A stretch of 64,000 bases of DNA from Thermoproteota archaeon (GTDB lineage Archaea; Korarchaeota; Korarchaeia; Korarchaeales; Korarchaeaceae), in the NCBI GenBank assembly GCA_026986575.1, contig JALSOH010000006.1:192001-256000 (forward strand). Direction: 5' to 3'. The translations under genes and the position numbers were made by a program. Below the pieces are notes generated by a model. It did no database searches. It worked only from the letters and a program-made list of their open reading frames with translations, and was not told the origin of the DNA. Numbering within the stretch: position 1 is the first letter of the stretch; each line of letters starts with the position of its first letter. Positions 8,645 through 18,479 of this stretch are shown one piece after another.

Positions 8645-9679
8645 ATGAAGGTAGCCCTGCTGGGTGGCACTGGGGCCGTAGGGCAGCGGTTCGTCAAGAT
8701 GCTATCGGGCCACCCTTGGTTCGAGCTGGCTGTGATAACCGGGAAGACCAGCGTCGGGAAGAGGTACGGGGAGGTGAATTGGGTCTTGGAGGGAGAGGTG
8801 CCGGAGGAGTTCAGGGACATAGTGGTGAGCGAGAACTCGCTAGGTAGCCTGAGGGAAGTGGATCTAGTGTTCTCCGCCCTGCCGTCTAGGGAGGCGAGAG
8901 TGTTTGAGAGGGAGCTGATGGACCATGGGATACCCCTAGTGAGCAACGCGAGTGCCCTGAGGATGGACCCATTGGTCCCCCTAATCATACCGGAGGTGAA
9001 TCCAGACCACCTCTCGCTGATCGAGAGGCAGGAGGAACTTGGAGTCGGGCCTGCTGCCACAGACCCCAACTGCACGACTACAGTGCTCACCCTGCCCCTG
9101 AAACCCCTGCACGACGCCTATACACTCAAAAGACTTGACATAGCTAGCTACCAGGCCCTCTCAGGAGCAGGCTACCCGGGAGTTCCATCCTACGATATAA
9201 TCGATAATCTGATCCCCTTCATCTCGGGAGAGGAGGAAAAGGTTCATAATGAGACTAAGAAGCTGCTAGGTGAGGTGGATGGAGGAGAGGTGAGATTTGC
9301 GTCCTTCGATGTCCAAGCCACGTGCGTTAGGGTCCCCATCTTGGATGGCCACACGGTAGCAGTACATGCCGAGTTCGAAGAGGAAGTGGATCCCGAGGAG
9401 GCAGCCAAACTCCTCCGAAGTTTTAGCTCTGAGCCTCAGCGCCTGAAACTACCCACCGCCCCAGCAAGGCCCATTCATGTGAGGAATGAGGAGGACAGGC
9501 CCCAACCTAGATATGACAGGAATGTGGAAGGCGGTATGAGCGTCGTGGTTGGCAGGATCAGAAAGGGGGCCAATAATAATTCGCTTCTCTTTGTGGTGGT
9601 GGGACATAACACGGTGAGAGGAGCAGCGGGACAGGCCATCCTCTTAGCTGAACTGATGAGAGCTAAGAGCATTATCTAA
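8645..9679 (+). CDS. asd: Aspartate-semialdehyde dehydrogenase
   Basis: GGTGAVGQ, PNCTT, QALSGAG, CVRVP..DGH and HNTVRGAAG. Confidence 0.97.
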   Translation: MKVALLGGTGAVGQRFVKMLSGHPWFELAVITGKTSVGKRYGEVNWVLEGEVPEEFRDIVVSENSLGSLREVDLVFSALPSREARVFERELMDHGIPLVSNASALRMDPLVPLIIPEVNPDHLSLIERQEELGVGPAATDPNCTTTVLTLPLKPLHDAYTLKRLDIASYQALSGAGYPGVPSYDIIDNLIPFISGEEEKVHNETKKLLGEVDGGEVRFASFDVQATCVRVPILDGHTVAVHAEFEEEVDPEEAAKLLRSFSSEPQRLKLPTAPARPIHVRNEEDRPQPRYDRNVEGGMSVVVGRIRKGANNNSLLFVVVGHNTVRGAAGQAILLAELMRAKSII

Positions 9680-9747
9680 CTAATTTTCCACTGTTTTTGA
9701 ACCGGAGAAAGCTTAAGCTTATGTAATTGACTTCACTTGCAACTCCT

Positions 9748-10302
9748 ATGATACTGTCTGACAGCAGCATACGCTCCCTTATAGAATCGGGTGAGCTTTC
9801 CATAGATCCCCTGTACAACGATACGATCAGAGAGAACGGGGTCGACATGAGGATAGGACCCGAGATTGCCTTCCCGATAGTCACAGGAGAGGTAATAGAC
9901 CCGATCAGGGACAATCCCGCCAAGCACTTCTCGGTGAGGGAGATCCCCGATGAGGGGATAATAATACCGGGAAACACCTCTATCCTTCTAGTCACCGAGG
10001 AGTACGTGAGAATGCCCAAAGATGTCGCCGCCCTATGCGGACTCCGCTCCTCTATAGCCAGGTGGGGTTTCGTCGCCCCTCCCACGCTGATAGATGCTGG
10101 CTTCGAGGGTCAACTGACGATAGAGGTCATGTGGACCAGACCGGCGCCCGTGAAGCTGTATAAGGGCATAAGATTCCTTCATGTGGTGTTCTTCAGGGTG
10201 GAAGGTGAAGTGGAGAGGCCGTACAGCGGGAGCTACCAGGGGCAGAGGGGAGTTACACTCCCCAAGAAGCTCGAGAGCATCCGGTCGAGCAAAAAGGTTT
10301 AA
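9748..10302 (+). CDS. dcd: dCTP deaminase
   Basis: MILSD, RSSIARWG, IDAGFEGQLTIE and Y.G.YQGQRG. Confidence 0.95.
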   Translation: MILSDSSIRSLIESGELSIDPLYNDTIRENGVDMRIGPEIAFPIVTGEVIDPIRDNPAKHFSVREIPDEGIIIPGNTSILLVTEEYVRMPKDVAALCGLRSSIARWGFVAPPTLIDAGFEGQLTIEVMWTRPAPVKLYKGIRFLHVVFFRVEGEVERPYSGSYQGQRGVTLPKKLESIRSSKKV

Positions 10303-10598
10303 CTCATAACTCATATATGAGAATCAAAGTTAGGACTCAGCCGCATTTAGGGTATATTAAATTCGATACATCTGTCTTCGAAAAAAGTTTTCAACCTCTT
10401 AGACTAAAGTTTATTAGTTGAGGGGACCGATCTCTGTGGGATCGTCGGTAAGGGAGCTTCATCCTAAGTTAATTTTTGATGTAATATCTAATTTATCATA
10501 AATCTATATTCGTATAAGACGATAAACCGTAAAAATGGAGTGGAAAGAGTCTAGGTAGAGTTCTTATAGATCGATCCCTTGATGGAATTGATAGGGGT

Positions 10599-13235
10599 AT
10601 GCCAGTCACTAAGGTGGTTAAGAGGGACGGTAGAATCGTCCCATTCGATGCATCTCGCATAAAGAGGGCCATAGAGGGGGCTATGCGAGAGGTAGGGCAT
10701 TATGATGAAGCTAAACTTGATAAGGTAGTTAAATATGTGCTTAGAGTTATAAACAGGACTTTCAGCGACGAGAATCCACCCCATGTGGAGGAGATCCAAG
10801 ACATAGTAGAGCTAGCCCTGATGAAGTACGACCTCTTCGATGTTGCCAAGGCTTACATCCTCTACAGGAAGGAAAGGGAGAAGATAAGAAAGGAGAAGAT
10901 GGCAATTCTCGGTAAAGATTACGTGGATGATGTGGATAAGAGGCTCTCCCTCAACGCCATAAGGCTGCTAGCAGCCAGATACCTGCAGAAGGACCCGGAT
11001 GGGAAGCTGAAGGAGGACCCGAAGGGCATGTTCATAAGGGTCGCCTCCTTGGTGGTGATCCCCGACGTGCTACACGACCCCAAGGTGTTTGATAAGGACG
11101 GTGGTCAGCCAGTTCACCCAAAGGAGGATTTCTCGCCGGAGGAGTGGGAAGGGAAAGTAGGACTTAAGAACGGCCATCCGGAGGATCACCTAGCTCCGAC
11201 GTTCACTTGGAACCGCTACCACTTGGAGAGGATGAAGGCGCTCTACGATGGACTGAATGAGCAGGGGAAGATGAAGGTGAGCTGGTCTCAGTTCTGGGAG
11301 ATGCTCCTTCGCGGAGAGTTCGATCACCACTACCAAGACTTCCTTAACTACTACAGGCTGATGGTCGATCTGAGGTTCCTGCCCAACTCCCCGACGCTGT
11401 TCAACGCTGGCACCAGGTTAGGTCAGCTCTCGGCTTGCTTCGTCTTGGACATAAACGATAGCCTAGAGTCGATAATGAAGGCCGCCACAGATGCGGCAAT
11501 GATATTCAAGTCCGGCGGAGGAGTGGGGATCAATTACTCCAAACTCAGGCCGCAGGGCGACATAGTCAGGTCAACCGGAGGTCAGGCATCTGGTCCAGTC
11601 AGTTTCATGAGGATAATAGATGTGATCACGGATGTGGTGAAGCAGGGCGGGCGCAGAAGAGGAGCCAACATGGGCATACTGGAGGTCTGGCATCCCGATA
11701 TATGGAAGTTCGTGGAGGCCAAAGCTAAGCCCGGTCAGTTCGAGAACTTCAACATCTCGGTGATGATAACGGGGGACTTCTGGCCCAAATTCGAGTCCGG
11801 AGAGGAGTACACCCTCATCAATCCCAGAAATGGCGAAGTTTGGGATACCCTGAACCCTAGAGAGTTCTTCAGGAAGATAGCCGAGATGGCCTGGCGTACC
11901 GGAGATCCGGGTGTGTTGTTCTCTGATAATATAAATAAAAGAAATATAATGAAAGAGGCATTAGGTGAAATAAAATCAACTAATCCTTGCGGTGAGGAGC
12001 CTTTATATCCATATGAGTCATGTAACCTAGGGAGCATTAATTTATACGCTTATATAAGGAGAGAGAACGGACTTATATCTTTCGATTGGGACTCTTACTC
12101 TGAGGACGTAAGACTGGCCCTTCGTTTCCTCGACAACGTCATCGATGTGAACAAGTTCCCCATTCCGGAAATAGAGAGGAACACCAAGGCCACGAGAAAG
12201 GTCGGCCTCGGTTTGATGGGGTTGGCTGACGTCCTCTTCGCGCTGGGAATACCGTACAATAGCGAGGAGGGCTTCGATTTCATGAGGAAGGTGGCCGAGT
12301 ACCTCACATACTTCTCCATGAAGGAGAGCGTTGAAATGGCCAAGGAGAGAGGAACCTTCCCACTTTATGGGAGATCAGGATACGTCAAAGGGGAAATGCC
12401 GTTTGAGGGCTTCTACCATCCGGAGTGGTGGCACCTAGACTGGGACGCCCTTAAGGAAGAGGTCATGAGGTACGGGATCAGGAACGCCGAAGTAACGACG
12501 ATAGCGCCGACTGGTTCCATCTCCATGATAGCCGACGTTTCTTCGGGAATAGAGCCTCAATTCGCGCTGGTGTATGAGAAGAGGGTATCCGTTGGCTCTT
12601 TCTTCTACGTGGATAGGGAGCTGGAGAGGCAGCTCAAGGAGAACGGCCTCTACCACGAGAAGCTTCTTAAGGAGATTGCCGATAATGGGGGTTCGCTTCA
12701 GGGGATAGAGCCTCCCGAGGGAAAGGAGGAGCTCTTCAAGAGGATGCAGCAGGTGTTCCTCGTGGCCTACGACATACCGTGGTGGGATCACGTCAGGGCC
12801 CAAGCGGAGATAGCCAAGTGGATATGCGCGGCGGTGAGCAAGACGATAAACATGCCCAACTGGGTGTCCGTCTCGGATGTTGAGAAGGCCTACCTGTTCG
12901 CCTACAAGCTCGGATTGAAGGGCATCACCGTCTACAGGGACGGCTCGAAGGCGGCCCAAGTTCTCGTGACCCCCTCCCAGAGGAAGGGCGAGTATGTGGT
13001 GAAAACAGAGAACCAGACGCTGAAGATGATGGAGATGCTAGGGATAGAGCTCCCCCAGCTCAAGAAGGCTCCTGTCGAGGAGAAGGCTCTAGCTCAGCCA
13101 GTCTTCAAACCTCCGTCACCACAGCCAGCGAATCATGTGGAGAGGTGTCCCGAGTGCGGCAGCACTCGGCTGGTTTACAAGGAGGACTGCGTCACCTGCC
13201 TGGACTGCGGGTGGTCGGCCTGCGTGGTCTCGTGA
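10599..13235 (+). CDS. nrdJ: Class II (adenosylcobalamin-dependent) ribonucleotide reductase with ATP cone; no intein
   Basis: VVKRDG ATP cone, PNSPTLFNAG, SACF, TNPCGE, CNLGS, TIAPTGSIS and SKTIN motifs; C-terminal Cys cluster. Confidence 0.97.
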   Translation: MPVTKVVKRDGRIVPFDASRIKRAIEGAMREVGHYDEAKLDKVVKYVLRVINRTFSDENPPHVEEIQDIVELALMKYDLFDVAKAYILYRKEREKIRKEKMAILGKDYVDDVDKRLSLNAIRLLAARYLQKDPDGKLKEDPKGMFIRVASLVVIPDVLHDPKVFDKDGGQPVHPKEDFSPEEWEGKVGLKNGHPEDHLAPTFTWNRYHLERMKALYDGLNEQGKMKVSWSQFWEMLLRGEFDHHYQDFLNYYRLMVDLRFLPNSPTLFNAGTRLGQLSACFVLDINDSLESIMKAATDAAMIFKSGGGVGINYSKLRPQGDIVRSTGGQASGPVSFMRIIDVITDVVKQGGRRRGANMGILEVWHPDIWKFVEAKAKPGQFENFNISVMITGDFWPKFESGEEYTLINPRNGEVWDTLNPREFFRKIAEMAWRTGDPGVLFSDNINKRNIMKEALGEIKSTNPCGEEPLYPYESCNLGSINLYAYIRRENGLISFDWDSYSEDVRLALRFLDNVIDVNKFPIPEIERNTKATRKVGLGLMGLADVLFALGIPYNSEEGFDFMRKVAEYLTYFSMKESVEMAKERGTFPLYGRSGYVKGEMPFEGFYHPEWWHLDWDALKEEVMRYGIRNAEVTTIAPTGSISMIADVSSGIEPQFALVYEKRVSVGSFFYVDRELERQLKENGLYHEKLLKEIADNGGSLQGIEPPEGKEELFKRMQQVFLVAYDIPWWDHVRAQAEIAKWICAAVSKTINMPNWVSVSDVEKAYLFAYKLGLKGITVYRDGSKAAQVLVTPSQRKGEYVVKTENQTLKMMEMLGIELPQLKKAPVEEKALAQPVFKPPSPQPANHVERCPECGSTRLVYKEDCVTCLDCGWSACVVS

Positions 13236-13245
13236 GGGAGCTTAG

Positions 13246-13764
13246 GTGAGCGAGGGGCTGGTACACCTCTATACAGGAAACGGCAAGGGGAAGACCACGG
13301 CGGCTTTTGGCTTGGCGTTGAGGGTAGCGGGAAGAGGAGGTAAATCCCTCATAGTTCAGTTCCTGAAGGGACTACCGACGGGGGAGGTCATGGCGGTCAG
13401 AAAAATACCCGAGATAGAGGTAAGGAGGTTCGGCAGCGAGAGATTCGTAGATCCAAAAAGGCCAACAGAGGAGGATGTAGCCATGGCCAAGAGAGGTCTC
13501 AAAGAGGCCGCAGAAGCCATGTCCTCCGGCAACTACAGGTTGGTGGTCTTGGACGAGGTGAATGTGGCCGTGGCCTTCAATCTAATCGACGAGAGGGAGG
13601 TAATCTCTGCTGTCAAGTCGAGGCACCCACGCACAGAGGTCGTCCTCACTGGAAGGTACGCTCCTCCCTCTTTTTATGAATTGGCTGACTATGTGACCGA
13701 GTTCAAGGAGGTGAAGCATCCCTTCTCCTCCGGGATCCCTGCAAGGGAAGGTATAGAATTTTAA
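13246..13764 (+). CDS. cobO: Cob(I)alamin adenosyltransferase (CobA/CobO/BtuR type)
   Basis: YTGNGKGKTTAAFG, QFLKG, LDE, LTGR and KHPF. Confidence 0.95.
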   Translation: MSEGLVHLYTGNGKGKTTAAFGLALRVAGRGGKSLIVQFLKGLPTGEVMAVRKIPEIEVRRFGSERFVDPKRPTEEDVAMAKRGLKEAAEAMSSGNYRLVVLDEVNVAVAFNLIDEREVISAVKSRHPRTEVVLTGRYAPPSFYELADYVTEFKEVKHPFSSGIPAREGIEF

Positions 13765-13879
13765 CAAAATTATGTTCACTCTTTTTACAAGATTTTGGCA
13801 TTATAGGGGTTCGGGACTCCCACTAAGGGATCCCTCCTACTTTAAAGGGAAAGCCTCCCCTATAGTGGGGTGATCTAAC

Positions 13880-14173
13880 ATGCTGGCTGAGAACCCGGTA
13901 TCCCTCTCAAAAGGAAGGAAAATGACCCGTGAGGAGCTCTCCCAAGCCCTGAGGTATGCCATTATAGCCGAACTAGATGCTATAAACCTATACGTACAAT
14001 TTGCCAATGCGACAGACGATGAAAAGGCCAGAAAAGTATTCTTAGACGTGGCAAAGGAGGAAAAGACTCATGTAGGAGAGTTTCTAGAACTCCTCCTCTC
14101 TCTGGACCCTGAGCAGGTGAAGGAGCTAGAAGAGGGAAGAAAAGAAGTGAAAGAACTACTAGAAGGTCACTAA
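13880..14173 (+). CDS. Encapsulin-cargo-type ferritin-like protein (Flp/EncFtn-like)
   Basis: AIIAELDAINLY and EEKTHVGEF..LL..LDPEQ closely resemble the Pyrococcus encapsulin-associated Flp. Confidence 0.85.
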   Translation: MLAENPVSLSKGRKMTREELSQALRYAIIAELDAINLYVQFANATDDEKARKVFLDVAKEEKTHVGEFLELLLSLDPEQVKELEEGRKEVKELLEGH

Positions 14174-14377
14174 CACCTCTAATTTTTAATGACAAGCTCG
14201 AGTCTCTTTGATCACGCCACATTAAGGATGCATCGGACCTGTCCCGCGTTACTCACTCCGAACTACTCACGTACTCCGGCGATAGACGAAAAAATCCCAA
14301 TATATTTTATGCTAGGGCTAAAACATAAAAATAAATTTTTCTTTTAGACATCTTCCAAAATATATTTCGACAATATC

Positions 14378-14418
14378 TGTGATTAAATTCACAATAATCA
14401 ACTAGGAAAGCTTTTAAC
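14378..14418 (+). promoter_or_regulatory. TGTGA-N6-TCACA palindrome upstream of the BRE/TATA of the nuo operon
   Basis: TGTGATTAAATTCACA at 14378-14393; GGAAAGCTTTTAA at 14405-14417. Confidence 0.55.
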
Positions 14419-14451
14419 TATTATTTCGAATCTCGAACGGGGCAAGGAATC

Positions 14452-14838
14452 ATGGAAGGTCTCGGTTTGACAAATGAGGTTCTCGTGACATTTTCCTTAG
14501 GCGTTGCGATAGGCATAGGACTTGGGATAATCGGTTTTATCCTCGGTAAGATACTATCTCCGGCCAAGGAGTATCCCAGAAAGAGAGAGAGGTATGAGTG
14601 CGCTAACCCACCGCGAGGAAGGGCGAGAGGCCTCTTCATGATGCAGTACTATCCCTTCCTGATTCTCTTCCTGACCTTGGAGCCGATCATGATCTACTCC
14701 TTCCTATTCCTAATGGAAGCCCATAGATACATCCTCAACACCACTCTCCTTTTCGGTGCCATGGTGGCGATCCTCGCGTCCCCTCTCGTGTTCGGGATAT
14801 ACTACGTTAGGAGGCTGGAACTATGGTCTGCGCATTAG
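14452..14838 (+). CDS. nuoA: Complex I-like subunit A
   Basis: RYEC loop, YY..LILFL..E and 3 TM helices. Confidence 0.92.
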   Translation: MEGLGLTNEVLVTFSLGVAIGIGLGIIGFILGKILSPAKEYPRKRERYECANPPRGRARGLFMMQYYPFLILFLTLEPIMIYSFLFLMEAHRYILNTTLLFGAMVAILASPLVFGIYYVRRLELWSAH

Positions 14839-15347
14839 AGGGAAGCATGTGGGTTGGTAACTTGGAGAAAGCCGCCAGGAAGGCGGCCGCCTGGCTGGTG
14901 AACAAAACTCCCATCAGGAGCCTGAGGGACTGGGGGATAGCATTCTCCCTCTGGCCGGTTCACTTCACCACCGCTTGCTGCGGAGCTGAATTCGGAGCCT
15001 CCGCCGCTCCCAAGTTCGACACCGAGAGGTTTGGGTTTCTTCCATTCATAGCGTCTAGGCAGTGCAATGTCCTCTTCATAGAGGGAACCCTCAGCAAGAA
15101 GATGGCCGAGGCCGCAATATGGGTCTACGAGCAGATGCCTGACCCCAAGTTCGTGGTTGCTATGGGGGCTTGCGGTATAGATGGTGGCATATTCTGGAAC
15201 AGCTACAACATAGTGAGACCGAAGGACATCCTTCCAGTTCATGTCTACATCCCTGGATGCCCGCCCAGACCTGAGGCAGTTGCTCAGGCGATAATCATGC
15301 TGCAGAGGAAGATAAGGAAGGGGGAGCTGGTGACTTATGAAGTTTGA
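14823..15347 (+). CDS. nuoB: Complex I-like subunit B
   Basis: ACCGAE, MGAC..GG and YIPGCPPRPE. Confidence 0.95.
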   Translation: MVCALEGSMWVGNLEKAARKAAAWLVNKTPIRSLRDWGIAFSLWPVHFTTACCGAEFGASAAPKFDTERFGFLPFIASRQCNVLFIEGTLSKKMAEAAIWVYEQMPDPKFVVAMGACGIDGGIFWNSYNIVRPKDILPVHVYIPGCPPRPEAVAQAIIMLQRKIRKGELVTYEV

Positions 15348-15813
15348 GGAGCTGAAGAGTCAAATAGAGGAGATGATGAAGGACTTAGGCGCTGAAGTCT
15401 CTGGGAAGGAGCCGAATGTGGTGGATGTGAAGGTCACTCGGGAGAAGATAGTGGAAGCAGCGAAGAGACTTAAGGAGATGGGCTTCGATCATGTAAAGGC
15501 TGTCACGGCCATAGATTACCCGAACGAAAGGTTCGAGGTGGTATATGTCTCCTCTTCGTACTCCAACTTGGATCTGGCCTATTTCATAGTTAACCTGAGG
15601 ACCGACCTGCCCTACGACGATCCCAAGATGCCCTCCTTGCTGGAGGTATGGCCGAGCGTCCTCTACCAGGAGCACGAGGAGCACGACCTTATGGGCATAG
15701 TTTTCGAGGGCCATCCGAGAATGGGTGAGAGGCTCCTCCTTCCTGAGAGCTACGAAGGCATACCACCGCTCAGGAAGGAGTTCAAGGTGAAGACGGAGGG
15801 GATAAACGCATGA
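15337..15813 (+). CDS. nuoC: Complex I-like subunit C
   Basis: E.E.HDLMGIVFEGHP and PLRK. Confidence 0.93.
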   Translation: MKFEELKSQIEEMMKDLGAEVSGKEPNVVDVKVTREKIVEAAKRLKEMGFDHVKAVTAIDYPNERFEVVYVSSSYSNLDLAYFIVNLRTDLPYDDPKMPSLLEVWPSVLYQEHEEHDLMGIVFEGHPRMGERLLLPESYEGIPPLRKEFKVKTEGINA

Positions 15814-16979
15814 GTCTAGAGGAGAGGGAGCTAGAGGTACTGATAGGTCCACAACACCCGGCTTCAGGACACATGAGGCTCGTAGCCAAGATAGATGGGG
15901 ATATAGTGGTGGAGCTGAGGCCTAACATAGGGTACGTGCACCGCTCGGTGGAGAAGCTGGCGGAGGTCAAGAAGTACCTGCAGATAATACCACTGGTGGA
16001 GAGGCCTTCCTTGGCTGATACCACGGCCAACAACTTGGCCTACGTCATGGCCGTGGAGAAGCTGCTGGGAATAGAGCCGCCACCTAGGGCCCAGTACCTG
16101 AGGACCCTCTTGGCGGAGATAAACAGGATACACAGTCACTTCTACGGCATGGGCATCCACGGAGTCATGATAGGGTCATCGACCGCCTACATGTGGTGCT
16201 TCGGAGACAGGGAACCTCTGATCGAGCTGGCGCAGGAGCTGACCGGAGCGAGGCTGACCTACTCCTATATAGTGCCTGGAGGTGTGAGGAGAGACCTGCC
16301 TCAGGGCTTCGAGGACAAGGTGGAGAAGGTGATGAGGTACCTAGAGAACAGGATGCCTGACTACTTCGACATCTACTTCAACAACCCCGTGACTAGGGCT
16401 AGACTCGAGGGAGTGGGAGTGCTGACCAAGGAGGATGCGATAAAGCTTGGCGTGACTGGACCGAACCTGAGGGCCAGTGGTGTCCCCTACGACGTCAGGA
16501 AGGCAGAGCCTTACGCGGCCTATCCCGAACTTGATTTCGACGTAATAACCGAGGAGGCTGGCGATGCATTCGCTAGGGTCATGGTAAGGGTGAGGGAGAT
16601 CCAAGAGAGCATCAAGATAATCAGGCAGGTCCTGAAGAAGATACCTGACGGCCCTATCCTCAACGAGAAGTACATGAAGATGATCCCGCCGAACCTGAGG
16701 AAGCAGGTGGAGGAGACTGGTCACATAAAGTTCCCCGGAGTCTTCGCAAACCTAAGGGTCCCGGCCGGAGAGGCTGTAGCTAGGGTAGAGGGAGGAAGGG
16801 GCGAGGTCGTCTTCCACATAATCAGCGACGGGAAGATGAGCCCTTACAGGATGAGGATGGTCACCCCCTCGTTCAGGAATGTCATACTCTTCGAGCACCT
16901 CACAAAGGGAGCCAGAGTTGCTGACATCCCCGCGATTTACGGTAGTCTGGATTACTTCCCGCCGGAGGCTGATAGGTGA
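15810..16979 (+). CDS. nuoD: Complex I-like subunit D
   Basis: GPQHPASGH, GYVHR and C-terminal SLD...EADR; no NiFe CxxC motifs. Confidence 0.95.
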   Translation: MSLEERELEVLIGPQHPASGHMRLVAKIDGDIVVELRPNIGYVHRSVEKLAEVKKYLQIIPLVERPSLADTTANNLAYVMAVEKLLGIEPPPRAQYLRTLLAEINRIHSHFYGMGIHGVMIGSSTAYMWCFGDREPLIELAQELTGARLTYSYIVPGGVRRDLPQGFEDKVEKVMRYLENRMPDYFDIYFNNPVTRARLEGVGVLTKEDAIKLGVTGPNLRASGVPYDVRKAEPYAAYPELDFDVITEEAGDAFARVMVRVREIQESIKIIRQVLKKIPDGPILNEKYMKMIPPNLRKQVEETGHIKFPGVFANLRVPAGEAVARVEGGRGEVVFHIISDGKMSPYRMRMVTPSFRNVILFEHLTKGARVADIPAIYGSLDYFPPEADR

Positions 16980-17986
16980 TGCAGGACCTGTTGAGTGTAA
17001 TATTCGAGCCTTACGTGTTTGTCCCCCTGATATTTCCGGGGATAACCGTAGCCTTCCTGCTCCTACTTGTGATTATCTGGCTTGAGAGAAAGATAGCAGC
17101 TAAGGTACAGCTGAGGTACGGTCCCCTTTACGTCCTCAAACCATTAGGCGGTGCGATACAGATGGTCGCCGACCTGCTCAGATACTTGTTCCAAGAGCCC
17201 ATCATACCGAAGACCGTCGACAAACTGGCCTTCATAATGACGCCTGCGCTGCTCTTCGGTACCGCCTATCTACCTACCGTGGCCATACCTGTCAGCCCCA
17301 CGTTCTACGCCTTCAGGAGCGATCTAAGCCTCCTCATAGTGCTGGCCCTGTCAACGTTGGCCCCGATATTCACCGTGGTGATGGGATGGGCCAGTAACAA
17401 CAAGTTCTCCCTAATAGGGGGTGTGAGAGAGGGCTACATAGTCGTCTCCTATGAGATACCGATGTTCCTCTCGGCCCTATCCATGGCCATCCTCTACGGT
17501 TCCTTAGACCTCGTGGAGATAGCCGAGGCTCAGAAAGGCATATGGGGAATCTTCTTGAATCCGGTTGCGGCCATAACTATGCTGGTCTTAATGTACATGT
17601 CCACCAGCAAATTCCCGTTCGAGATTCCAGAAGCGGAGAGCGAGATAGTCGCCGGCGCTTACACTGAATACAGCGGCATTCTCTACGGTCTGGTCATGGG
17701 AGCTTCCTATGTAAAGCTCTACGTGCTCAGCTTGGTGTTCGCGATACTCTTCTTGGGAGGATGGAATCCCATACCCGGATTCATGGCCAACGACCCACTC
17801 CTGCCCGGAGTCCTGCTCTTCATCAAGGCCTTCATCATAATAGTGATAGGGGCCTTCCTCAGGGCTGTCTACCCGAGGTTCAGGATAGACCAGGCGATGG
17901 ACTTAGGATGGAAGACGATGCTGCCCCTGTCGATAATCTCCATCTTCATCTCACTGGTTGAGATCATGATAATGGGAGGTGCGTGA
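16976..17986 (+). CDS. nuoH: Complex I-like subunit H
   Basis: ERK..AKVQLRYGP, SYE, PFEIPEAESE and PRFRIDQ. Confidence 0.95.
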   Translation: MMQDLLSVIFEPYVFVPLIFPGITVAFLLLLVIIWLERKIAAKVQLRYGPLYVLKPLGGAIQMVADLLRYLFQEPIIPKTVDKLAFIMTPALLFGTAYLPTVAIPVSPTFYAFRSDLSLLIVLALSTLAPIFTVVMGWASNNKFSLIGGVREGYIVVSYEIPMFLSALSMAILYGSLDLVEIAEAQKGIWGIFLNPVAAITMLVLMYMSTSKFPFEIPEAESEIVAGAYTEYSGILYGLVMGASYVKLYVLSLVFAILFLGGWNPIPGFMANDPLLPGVLLFIKAFIIIVIGAFLRAVYPRFRIDQAMDLGWKTMLPLSIISIFISLVEIMIMGGA

Positions 17987-18479
17987 ATTGGCGGTTGAGA
18001 GGACGATCCGTCACATAAAGGCCCTCGCAACGGGGGCCAAATACATGCTGGGTGGTCATAGGCTCACCCTCATGTATCCTGACGACATACAGGAGTTCCC
18101 CGACGGTTACAGGGGGATGATAGAGTACGACTGGGATACCTGCATTAAGTGCGGTCTCTGTGCCATGGTGTGTCCGGCTGACGCGATGAAAATGTATGTC
18201 TCGAAGGAGGAGTCGGAAGAGGGTAAGAGGCCCGTGAGGAGGCCCGGCATAAACTACACCAGATGCATCTTCTGCGGGTTCTGCGTGGACATATGCCCGA
18301 CCAACTCGCTCAAGTTCACCAAAGTACACGATGTTGCATTCTACACGTTTGAGGAGCAGATCTACCCGCCTGAGAGGTTCAGGGAGGGAATACCCAAACC
18401 CCAGTACGACAAGGAGCCAAGGAAGGTAAGGGCCGTTCTAGATGAGAAGAGGGGGATAAGGTATGAACCCGTTGAGTGA
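17979..18479 (+). CDS. nuoI: Complex I-like subunit I
   Basis: Two CxxCxxCxxxCP motifs. Confidence 0.93.
   Translation: MRELAVERTIRHIKALATGAKYMLGGHRLTLMYPDDIQEFPDGYRGMIEYDWDTCIKCGLCAMVCPADAMKMYVSKEESEEGKRPVRRPGINYTRCIFCGFCVDICPTNSLKFTKVHDVAFYTFEEQIYPPERFREGIPKPQYDKEPRKVRAVLDEKRGIRYEPVE

Noticed and set aside
15810-16979. Group 4 NiFe hydrogenase or MBS sulfane reductase identity for the nuo-like operon
   Set aside because: The large subunit has neither CxxC pair nor the MBS cysteines, and no maturation protease is adjacent
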